A stretch of 64,000 bases of DNA from positions 2,688,001 through 2,752,000 of the forward strand of contig CBDBBI010000010.1 in NCBI GenBank assembly GCA_965202625.1. Reading direction: 5' to 3'. Made by a program: the position numbers and the translations under genes. The notes beneath the pieces are model-generated. The model worked only from the letters and a program-made list of their open reading frames with translations. It did no database searches and was not told the DNA's origin. This document shows positions 18,348 through 26,656 of the stretch, in pieces (the stretch's first letter is position 1; each line of letters begins with the position of its first letter). The DNA is from a bacterium. GTDB taxonomy: Bacteria; UBA8248.

Positions 18348-18857
18348 ATGCGGATTCCTTTCGAGGGTGCGTTGCCGAGAATCCATGAAACCGCATGGCT
18401 AGCCGAGACCGCCGTCGTAATTGGCGACGTGGACATCGGTGCGCACAGCAGCGTTTGGTACAACTGCGTTTTGCGCGGGGATCAGATGCCCATCCGCGTG
18501 GGCAAGCGTGCGAATATTCAAGATGGATCGGTGCTGCACATCGAGGGCGGAAAATATGACTGCATCCTGGGCGATGACGTTTCAGTGGGGCATATGGCCA
18601 TCGTGCACGGGTGCCGAGTTGGGGACGGCGCGCTCATCGCGATGGGTGCCATCGTCTTGAACAACGTGGAGGTGGGCGAAGGCGCGGTTGTCGGGGCGGG
18701 CGCCGTCGTGCCTGAGAATAAGGTGATTCGCCCAGGAACCCTCTGGCTGGGCGCGCCCGCGCGATACGTTCGAGACCTCAACGATGAGGAAAGAGAGCGA
18801 TTCAAGAACACAGCCGTCTCTTACGTGAAAAACAAGGAGCGCTTCAAAAATTCATGA
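18348..18857 (+). CDS. Gamma carbonic anhydrase family protein (YrdA/CaiE-like)
   Basis: Hexapeptide repeats, VLRGD, NIQDGSVLH, VGHMAIVHGC, GAPARYVR. Confidence 0.9.
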   Translation: MRIPFEGALPRIHETAWLAETAVVIGDVDIGAHSSVWYNCVLRGDQMPIRVGKRANIQDGSVLHIEGGKYDCILGDDVSVGHMAIVHGCRVGDGALIAMGAIVLNNVEVGEGAVVGAGAVVPENKVIRPGTLWLGAPARYVRDLNDEERERFKNTAVSYVKNKERFKNS

Positions 18858-18881
18858 CCGCGCCGAAAACATCTCCTCGCA

Positions 18882-19841
18882 ATGCCTAAGGAACCCCGTC
18901 TGGAGACGCCCGCTCCTCTCGCCGCGGTGGTGGACTTGGGCGCGAACGCGGCCCGCCTCGCACTCGCCACACTTGACGACGCGGGTCAACTCGAATCCCG
19001 CGGCCGCTGGCGCGAATTCATACGCTTGGGTGAGGGTGTTCGTGAAACGGGGCGGCTCTCCGAAAGTGCCATGCGAAGGGGACTCGCCTGCTTTTCGCGG
19101 TTCTCTGCGATTATTCGGGCACATCGCGTCCAGCTCGCTGACGCCGTGGCGACCAGCGCATTGCGTGATGCGCGAAACGCAGGCGCGTTCATCGCGCGCG
19201 CTGCACGGCTGGGCGTTGCGTTGCGCGTCATTCCGGCGAAAGAGGAGGCGCGGCTGGCGCTGGCGGGTGTCTTCGTCAATGTGGGTGCCTTGCCCGAACG
19301 CGCCTTAGTGTTCGACGTGGGTGGGGGAAGCCTCGAGGTGATGCTCGCCGCGGGGGAGCGCATTTGGAAGATGGTGAGTTTGCCCGCCGGTGTGGTGTAT
19401 CTGACGGAACGCTACCTTGCAGGAATGCCCACGGCGGACGAGCGAGTTCGGGCTTGCGCGGAGGAGGTGGACGCGATGCTGTCGAAGGTGGATTTTGGCG
19501 GGGCGGAGAGGAAGGCGCTCCCCTTCATTGGGTGTGGGGGCGTGGTCGCGTTAGCGTGGTTTTTGACCGAGGGCGCGCCGCTAGGCGGAAGCGTGAGTGG
19601 TATCTCGTTGTCAGCTTCCTTGTTCGAGGAGTGGGTGGATCGGTTCGCCAGAATGCAGTATGGGCAAAGGCGCGAGCTTCGTGGCTTCGAGCCGGGACGC
19701 GAGGATGTGGTGCTCGCCGGCTTGATCGTGGTGCGCGCGCTCCTGCGATGGGGACGCAAAGAGGAGTTCAGCGTATCCACAGGCGGTCTTCGGGAGGGGA
19801 GGCTTCTGGAGCTTTTGCGGACGCCCGCGCGGCGCGTGTGA
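18882..19841 (+). CDS. ppx: Ppx/GppA family phosphatase (short, divergent)
   Basis: VDLGANAARL, RLGEG, ATSALRDARN, EEARL, DVGGGSLE, GREDVVLAG, GLREG. Confidence 0.82.
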   Translation: MPKEPRLETPAPLAAVVDLGANAARLALATLDDAGQLESRGRWREFIRLGEGVRETGRLSESAMRRGLACFSRFSAIIRAHRVQLADAVATSALRDARNAGAFIARAARLGVALRVIPAKEEARLALAGVFVNVGALPERALVFDVGGGSLEVMLAAGERIWKMVSLPAGVVYLTERYLAGMPTADERVRACAEEVDAMLSKVDFGGAERKALPFIGCGGVVALAWFLTEGAPLGGSVSGISLSASLFEEWVDRFARMQYGQRRELRGFEPGREDVVLAGLIVVRALLRWGRKEEFSVSTGGLREGRLLELLRTPARRV

Positions 19842-19940
19842 ACGTGTCTGGCCGCGTCGGGCCTAGGGTCATCCTAGCATTTTGTAGTTTGACACGCTCT
19901 TGCCGTCCGGAGAATCGGGCATAGTGCCGGGGAATTGGAC

Positions 19941-20480
19941 ATGGGGAGAATACTTCAATTTCCTCTCGCCCAAATTCCAAACGATGGACTTGATGTCGAT
20001 CTGGATTTGGAGACTGATGACTTAGGAAAAGTTTGCTTCACTGCCTCGGGTCTGAAACTCATCGGCAGATTGGGGAGAACCGGCCCGAGCGAGGCGCGTT
20101 TCTATGGGCGTATAAACGGTCGGCTCCTTCTGGAGTGTTCTCTGGGTTTGGCGGAATTTCCGCATCCCTTCGACGAGTCTCTGGCCGTTTATTTCTGCCG
20201 GATACCGCCGGACACCGACGCGGAAGGCGAGGTCGAACTGGATGAGAGGGATATGGAGGTCGCGTGCATCGAAAACGAAATAGTAGATCTCACGTCGCCC
20301 GTTCGAGACCAAATTGGTCTGGCCATTCCCATACAGCTAAGATGTCCCGATAGATGTCTGGGAGAGACGCCCGAGACTTGCCGCAGACTCAATGAGGGAG
20401 AATCCGTCGGCGCGGGGACGGTGCCTGACCCCAGGTGGGGCGCACTCAAGAGCTGGAAACCGCCGGATTCCTCGTGGTAG
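19941..20480 (+). CDS. yceD: YceD/DUF177 family protein
   Basis: Directly upstream of rpmF. VDL...RDQIGLAIP, DPRWGALK. Confidence 0.8.
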   Translation: MGRILQFPLAQIPNDGLDVDLDLETDDLGKVCFTASGLKLIGRLGRTGPSEARFYGRINGRLLLECSLGLAEFPHPFDESLAVYFCRIPPDTDAEGEVELDERDMEVACIENEIVDLTSPVRDQIGLAIPIQLRCPDRCLGETPETCRRLNEGESVGAGTVPDPRWGALKSWKPPDSSW

Positions 20481-20628
20481 ACTTGTTGCTTGGTTCATGG
20501 GCGACGTGTTTCGAACGTATAGTGTATGATAGACGTAGATGGCGATTCGTTTCCAGGGATAGGGATGAAGCCGATAGGGTGCTAAATGGTTGCCCTTGAC
20601 GCGGGATTTTGAAAGGAGCGCAGAGGCT

Positions 20629-20808
20629 GTGGGACTTCCCAAACGGCGGCACTCGCAAGCGCGGGGCCGCAAAAGGAGAACGCACTACAAGGTGTCGAAA
20701 CCGTCGATCGCGGCTTGCGCGAACTGCAACAATCCGGTGCTGCCCCATCGGGTATGCGCCGCCTGCGGGTATTACAAGGGCCAGAAGGTTTTGGACGTAA
20801 AGGAATAA
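20629..20808 (+). CDS. rpmF: 50S ribosomal protein L32
   Basis: GTG start with AGGAG RBS. PKRRHSQARGRKRRTH, CxxC..PHRVCxxCGYY. Confidence 0.95.
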   Translation: MGLPKRRHSQARGRKRRTHYKVSKPSIAACANCNNPVLPHRVCAACGYYKGQKVLDVKE

Positions 20809-20829
20809 AACGGTCCCGGAGTGTGAGTA

Positions 20830-21909
20830 ATGAAGATAGCCATAGATGTGATGGGGGGGGACAACGCGCCTTCGGCAATCATAGAGGGAGCGGTGGATGC
20901 TTATCGTCAAGAGGGCATTGAGTCGATCCTGGTAGGGGTACCGGAGCCCATTGAGACGGAACTCGCGCGTCTGGGGGCGAATGAGAACCTCTTTGAGATT
21001 CGCGCGGCGAGCCAGGTCATTGAGATGGGCGAATCCCCCACAAAGTCGGTAAAATCGAAGGTTGACTCATCGGTGCGCGTCGCCCTTCAACTGGTCAAGA
21101 ACGAGGAGGCGCAGGCAGTGTTCAGTGCCGGCGACACCGGCGGCACCTTCGCCGCGGGCCTAGCCGTCTTACAGCGAATGCGAGAGGTGTATCGTCCTGC
21201 CATCGCCGCCCTGATCCCCACCCTGAAAGGCTTTTCCGTCATGCTCGACGTAGGGGCGAATTTGAACCCTCGGCCACAGCACCTGTTTCAATTCGGCGTC
21301 ATGGGATCGGTGTATAGCCAGGTGGTGCTCCAAAAACCCGCTCCTACAGTGGGGCTGTTGAACGTGGGCGGGGAGGATTCCAAGGGAACCGAGGCGCTCA
21401 AGACGGTGCATGATATGTTCATGAAGAGCGATCTGAATTTTGTGGGCAACGTGGAGGGCAGCACTATCTTTCAGGGCGCCACGGACGTGATCGTGTGCGA
21501 CGGCTTCGTGGGCAACGTGGCCTTGAAGGTGAGCGAGAGCCTCAGTGAGATGCTGACAACGTTGCTCCGGGAGCAAATCGTCCATTCGATGCGTAGCAAG
21601 ATTGGCTACATGTTTTTACAAAATGGCATAAAGTCTATGCGCCAGAGAATCGATTATTCTGAATACGGGGCGGCGCCGTTGCTGGGCCTGGGCGGAATTT
21701 GTACAATTGGGCACGGACGAAGTAACTCGAAGGCGGTGAAAAACGCCATTCGCACGACGGCGAACATCGTCAAAGTGCAGCTCAGTGCCAAGATACAAAG
21801 GGAGATTGACAAACATATTTCCATCCAGCGTGGCAGCGACGCCGGCTGGCGCTTGTGGAATCAGATACGAACGGGTATCTTCTACGAGGGTCCAACTAAG
21901 GATAAGTAA
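20830..21909 (+). CDS. plsX: Phosphate acyltransferase PlsX
   Basis: IAIDVMGGDNAP, RPAI, LDVGAN, GNVEG, DGFVGNVALK, GHGRS. Confidence 0.96.
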   Translation: MKIAIDVMGGDNAPSAIIEGAVDAYRQEGIESILVGVPEPIETELARLGANENLFEIRAASQVIEMGESPTKSVKSKVDSSVRVALQLVKNEEAQAVFSAGDTGGTFAAGLAVLQRMREVYRPAIAALIPTLKGFSVMLDVGANLNPRPQHLFQFGVMGSVYSQVVLQKPAPTVGLLNVGGEDSKGTEALKTVHDMFMKSDLNFVGNVEGSTIFQGATDVIVCDGFVGNVALKVSESLSEMLTTLLREQIVHSMRSKIGYMFLQNGIKSMRQRIDYSEYGAAPLLGLGGICTIGHGRSNSKAVKNAIRTTANIVKVQLSAKIQREIDKHISIQRGSDAGWRLWNQIRTGIFYEGPTKDK

Positions 21910-22003
21910 GAAAGAGGAGCCCTCTTGCTATCTGAGTTTATTTCTGCATACTATAGCCTATAGCCCCCCCGGCAGCTCTTTCGCCCAGATAGGGAATCCT
22001 ATA

Positions 22004-22993
22004 GTGACCCACTCTGTTATTCTGGGAACAGGTTCTTATGTTCCTGAGAGAATCCTCTCCAACGCTGATCTGGAAAAGATGGTTGACACCAGCGACGAGT
22101 GGATTCGAGAGCGTACGGGAATCAGCGAGCGGCGTGTGGCGAAGCCTAGTGAGGCGACTTCCCATTTAGCGATTCGCGCTTCCAATCAGGCGCTGGAGGC
22201 GGCCGGCGTGATCGCCGATGACGTCGACCTCATCATTATGACCACTATCACGCCGGATACGATGTGCCCGGCCGCCGCCTGCTGGCTTCAGTCGCATATC
22301 GGGGCGAACAAGGCGGCAGCTTTCGACTTGAACGCGGCGTGCTCGGGCTTCGTCTACGGTCTTCAGGCGGCGGACGCGTATATTCGCTCGGAGATGGTGC
22401 GGACGGTGCTCTTGGTTTCCGCGGACGTGATGACACGGGTGACTAACTGGGAGGACAGGGGTACCTGCATTCTATGGGGCGATGGCGCGGGCGCCGTCGT
22501 TTTGGGGATGTCGCAGAATGGGCACAGAGGCGTCATGGGCTCCAGAATTTATAGCGACGGGAAAGAAGGGGAACTCATTCAGGTTCCCGGCGGCGGTTCG
22601 CGATTCGCCCCCATGACGCTGAACGATGTGCTCAACAAGGAGCATCTGTTGCAAATGAAGGGGCGTGAGACGTTCAAGACGGCTGTCCGCAATTTCTCGA
22701 ACGTATGCAATGAGACGCTTGAGCGCAGCGGCCTCACTTTGGACGACGTGGACGTGTTCATTCCGCATCAGGCGAATCTACGCATCATCGAAGCGGTGGC
22801 GCGCCGACTTGAATTGTCGATGGATAAAGTGATCGTTACTATTGGTAAATATGGCAACATGTCCGCGGCCACCATTCCGGTTGCGTTGGATGAGTCGGTG
22901 AGGGAAGGGAAAATCCGAAGTGGGGATAACGTGCTCATGGCCGCCTTCGGGGGAGGGCTCACTTGGGGCGCTGCTTTGGTCGAATGGAAATGA
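22004..22993 (+). CDS. fabH: 3-oxoacyl-ACP synthase III
   Basis: DTSDEWIRERTGI, AACSGF, GDGAGA, PHQAN, GNMSAA, FGGGLTWG. Confidence 0.96.
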   Translation: MTHSVILGTGSYVPERILSNADLEKMVDTSDEWIRERTGISERRVAKPSEATSHLAIRASNQALEAAGVIADDVDLIIMTTITPDTMCPAAACWLQSHIGANKAAAFDLNAACSGFVYGLQAADAYIRSEMVRTVLLVSADVMTRVTNWEDRGTCILWGDGAGAVVLGMSQNGHRGVMGSRIYSDGKEGELIQVPGGGSRFAPMTLNDVLNKEHLLQMKGRETFKTAVRNFSNVCNETLERSGLTLDDVDVFIPHQANLRIIEAVARRLELSMDKVIVTIGKYGNMSAATIPVALDESVREGKIRSGDNVLMAAFGGGLTWGAALVEWK

Positions 22994-23092
22994 TGCTGTC
23001 AACACCCGCGAAGGTTCCGCTCCGGTTTTATCCGTCCGCCTAAATACATTGTTTAACCCTTTGATGTTCACGTCATAGACAGGGGTTGGGAG

Positions 23093-24031
23093 ATGGGTGC
23101 GAAAATTGCATTTTTGTTTCCAGGCCAGGGTTCGCAGTATGTTGGAATGGGCAAAGGCTTTCACGATGCGTTTTCTTTTGCGCGGGAAGCTTATCAGCGC
23201 GCGAGCGACGTTCTGGGATGGAATCTTGCCAGGCTCAGTTTTGAAGGACCGAAGTCTAAATTGATGCTCACTTGCAACACACAGCCGGCGATTTTGGTGC
23301 ACAGCTATATCGCCTATTCTTTGCTCTGTGAGCGCGGTTTCGGGCCTGCTCTTGCCTTGGGACACAGCCTAGGGGAGTATTCCGCCCTTCTGGCGGCCGG
23401 TGCCATTGATTTTCAAACGACCCTTGAGTTGGTGAAGAAGAGGGGCCGCTTCATGCACGAGGCCGTCCCTGAGCGGGGTGGTGCCATGGCGGCGCTGCTC
23501 GGTGTAGAGAGAGAGGCCGCCGAGGTCATTTGCACGGAAGTGGAAGGCGTGGTGGAAGTTGCAAATTATAACGCCCCCGGCCAATATGTTCTCTCGGGAG
23601 ACAAGGGCGCGGTAGAATCGGCTGCGCGGCTGGCGAAGGACAGAGGCGCGCGAAAGGTGATCATGCTTCCGGTGGGAGCGCCCTTTCACTGTTCTTTGTT
23701 GAGCGAAGCCGCCAGGCGCATGAGCGAGGTTCTCGACGAAGCGGACATCGCTGATCCAGCCATCCCCGTTTATGTGAACGTGACGGCACAACCGGTGCGG
23801 GAGGGCAAACGAATACGAGAGTTGCTCAAACGACAGATTCACTCTGCCGTACGCTGGGAGGACGCCGTGCGCGCGGCGGGCGAGGAGAAGCCGGACGTAG
23901 TGGTGGAATTGGGGCCCGGAAAAGTGCTTTCGGGATTGACTAGGCGGATATTGAAAGGTATGCCGACCTACAATGTTGAAGACGCGCGGAGTCTGGAAAA
24001 GACGGTTTTGGCCCTGGACGCGGTCGCCTAA
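23093..24031 (+). CDS. fabD: Malonyl-CoA:ACP transacylase
   Basis: FPGQGSQ, TQPA, GHSLGEY, PFH, GPGKVLSGL. Confidence 0.96.
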   Translation: MGAKIAFLFPGQGSQYVGMGKGFHDAFSFAREAYQRASDVLGWNLARLSFEGPKSKLMLTCNTQPAILVHSYIAYSLLCERGFGPALALGHSLGEYSALLAAGAIDFQTTLELVKKRGRFMHEAVPERGGAMAALLGVEREAAEVICTEVEGVVEVANYNAPGQYVLSGDKGAVESAARLAKDRGARKVIMLPVGAPFHCSLLSEAARRMSEVLDEADIADPAIPVYVNVTAQPVREGKRIRELLKRQIHSAVRWEDAVRAAGEEKPDVVVELGPGKVLSGLTRRILKGMPTYNVEDARSLEKTVLALDAVA

Positions 24032-24203
24032 GTATCATGCACTTATGCGATGCTTCCCGGTGCCTGAATAGGATGAAGAGCGAAAGCGGATTTTGTGGAA
24101 CTTGGAGTGTGCGCCCAATCTACCGAAAGGTTATGGAATGCCCGCTTCTGTTGGGGAGGCGACTCCGTACAGGTTTGGAAAAAGGGTTTTTGGAGGAATC
24201 GGT

Positions 24204-24446
24204 GTGACGGACAATATAGAAGAGCAGATAAAAGAGATTATCGTTGAGCAGTTGAGTGTTGAGCCTGAAAAGGTAGTTCCGGAAGCTTCGTTTACGGATG
24301 ATTTAGGAGCCGATTCGCTGGATACCGTGGAGCTTGTCATGGCTTTCGAGGAAAAATTCGGTCTCGAGATACCCGATGAGGAAGCGGAAAAAATTTCCAA
24401 GGTGCAGGATGCGTATGACTATATCGCCAAGCTGTCTGAAGCCTAG
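24204..24446 (+). CDS. acpP: Acyl carrier protein
   Basis: [21 protein letters not shown] start with GGAGG RBS. Confidence 0.96.
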   Translation: MTDNIEEQIKEIIVEQLSVEPEKVVPEASFTDDLGADSLDTVELVMAFEEKFGLEIPDEEAEKISKVQDAYDYIAKLSEA

Positions 24447-24496
24447 CGAAGCAGCGTCGCACGAACTGAAGTTGATACATGGATTGAAGAGAACGC

Positions 24497-25774
24497 ATGG
24501 ATAGTCGAGGTTTGGTTAGATCTGACATTCGGGTCGTCGTTACAGGACTCGGACTGCTTACGCCCCTGGGTTTGTCGGTGGATGAAAACTGGGAGGCACT
24601 GATGCAAGGTCGCTCTGGCATCGGCAAGGTGTCCCGATTTTCTCCGCATCGCCTGGCGTCGAAGATCGTCGGCGAAGTCAAAGGCTTCGCGCCGGAGAAT
24701 TACCTCAGCCGTAAAGAACTCAAGAAGATGGACCCCTTTATCCAGTACGTCATCGCGGCCGCTCAGATGGCTTTTCAGGATGCGAACCTTGAAGTTCCGG
24801 ATCAGGAAGCGGCGGTGCGATATGGCGCCATTATTGGCGTGGGCCTTGGCGGTTTGCCCGCCATCGAGGCGAACAAGGAGATACTGCGAACGAGGGATCC
24901 TTCGCGCATTAGCCCTTTCTTCATTCCCATGTTGTTGGCGAACCTGGCCGCTGGTCAGGTTTCGATGCGCTGGGGACTGAAAGGGCCGAACAGCTGTGCC
25001 ACGACGGCGTGTGCGTCCGGCAATCACGCCATTGGAGATGCGATGAAGTGTATCCAGCGCGGCGTGGCCGACGTCATGGTGGCCGGCGGCAGCGAATCGT
25101 GCATTACGGAGTTGGCGATGGCGGGGTTTTGCGCGATGCGGGCGCTTAGCACCCGCAACGACGACCCTGAGGGGGCGAGCCGTCCTTTTGACGTGGACCG
25201 CGACGGTTTCGTGATGGCGGAGGGAGCGGGCGTTGTGATTCTGGAGCGCTATGAGCATGCCATGGCGCGCGGAGCGAGCGTTTACGCCGAACTCAGCGGA
25301 TATGGGTTGACTTCCGACGCGCACCACATTACCTCTCCTGACCCGGGTGGTGACGGAGCGGCTCGCTGCATGGACATGGCGCTCAGCGACGCGGGAGTGG
25401 TGCCCGAGGCCGTGAACTACATCAACGCGCATGGTACGTCCACAGGCACGGGAGACAAACTCGAAACGACGGCCATCAAAAAAACGTTTGGCGAACACGC
25501 TTACGAGCTCAGCGTTAGCTCCACGAAATCCATGACGGGCCACCTTCTCGGTGCTGCGGGAGGCGTCGAGTCCGTGTTTACTATATTGACGCTGAAGAAC
25601 CAGCGCATTCCTCCTACCATCAATCTGAACGCCCCAGATCCGGAATGCGATCTTGACTACGTACCCAATTCGCCCCGGGAAGCGGACATCGGTTGTGCTC
25701 TCACAAACTCCTTTGGATTCGGGGGAACCAACGCTTCGCTCCTTTTCACGAGAGCGGCGAACGGCTCGGCCTGA
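24497..25774 (+). CDS. fabF: 3-oxoacyl-ACP synthase II
   Basis: RVVVTGLG, TACASG, NAHGTST, KSMTGHLLGAAG, NSFGFGGTN. Confidence 0.96.
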   Translation: MDSRGLVRSDIRVVVTGLGLLTPLGLSVDENWEALMQGRSGIGKVSRFSPHRLASKIVGEVKGFAPENYLSRKELKKMDPFIQYVIAAAQMAFQDANLEVPDQEAAVRYGAIIGVGLGGLPAIEANKEILRTRDPSRISPFFIPMLLANLAAGQVSMRWGLKGPNSCATTACASGNHAIGDAMKCIQRGVADVMVAGGSESCITELAMAGFCAMRALSTRNDDPEGASRPFDVDRDGFVMAEGAGVVILERYEHAMARGASVYAELSGYGLTSDAHHITSPDPGGDGAARCMDMALSDAGVVPEAVNYINAHGTSTGTGDKLETTAIKKTFGEHAYELSVSSTKSMTGHLLGAAGGVESVFTILTLKNQRIPPTINLNAPDPECDLDYVPNSPREADIGCALTNSFGFGGTNASLLFTRAANGSA

Positions 25775-25823
25775 AGGGGGCGGGGACGGCTCCACCGACG
25801 CCGGCGAGAATGGGTCTTCCGTT

Positions 25824-26525
25824 GTGGGCGCGGCGGGGGGTACTAATCTGGATAAGATCGAAACCCAGATTGGGCATTCGTTCTCCAACAGGGAACTCCT
25901 CGTTCAGGCGCTGACGCATCGTTCCTTTTCTCAGGAAAGTACGTCCTCCGTCTCCGATAACGAGCGGCTTGAGTTTTTGGGCGACGCTGTCTTGCAGCTC
26001 ATCGTGACGGAAAGGCTTTGGAAGGATTTTCCGGCAGATGACGAGGGCGTTCTCACCCACATGCGCTCCGAGCGAGTGAATGGCCGCTCTCTTGCGAGCG
26101 TTTTCAGGTGCCATGGGTTTAGGGAATTTCTTCGTCTGGGCAAGGGCGAGGAGAAAACGGGAGGACGAAAGAAAACTTCCATTCAGGCGGGAGCGTTCGA
26201 GGCGTTGGTAGGTGCCATATACCTCGACGCCGGCTACGCTCGTTGCGCGCGATGGGCGAAATTGTGGTTTTGGGCATCAGGCATAGATAAAGAGGGCGTA
26301 TTGTCGCAGGATTTCAAGAGCCGCTTGCAACGTTTTGTCCAAAAAAAGGGCGGCAATCTGCCTACCTATCGCCTAGTGAGAGAAAGCGGGCCCGAGCACG
26401 AAAAAGAATTTGAGGTTCAGGTTCGCCTCGGGCGTAGGACAATGGGGCGCGGGCGCGGGATGAGCAAAAAAGCAGCCGAGCAGGAAGCTGCGCGCGAGGC
26501 AATTCGCAACCTTGGTGAATCCTAG
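25824..26525 (+). CDS. rnc: Ribonuclease III (start uncertain)
   Basis: ALTHRS, NERLEFLGDAVL, EALVGAIYLD, dsRBD (GPEH, SKKAAEQ). Confidence 0.93.
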   Translation: MGAAGGTNLDKIETQIGHSFSNRELLVQALTHRSFSQESTSSVSDNERLEFLGDAVLQLIVTERLWKDFPADDEGVLTHMRSERVNGRSLASVFRCHGFREFLRLGKGEEKTGGRKKTSIQAGAFEALVGAIYLDAGYARCARWAKLWFWASGIDKEGVLSQDFKSRLQRFVQKKGGNLPTYRLVRESGPEHEKEFEVQVRLGRRTMGRGRGMSKKAAEQEAAREAIRNLGES

Positions 26526-26656
26526 GAGGGCTCCCTCCCGGAAGGCGATGTTTTTGCTTTGCGAACCTGAGAAAATTTTGATAATTTGACGTTTCCTGCT
26601 GCCCTCGCGTTATTTCAGCACCGCCCCGTGATGATTAAATTCGCTCGCCCGCCGAG

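Noticed and set aside
19941-20480. YceD with incomplete cysteine pairs
   Set aside because: Cys content varies widely in DUF177 proteins.
24443-25888. 481-aa minus-strand ORF
   Set aside because: Antisense shadow of fabF.
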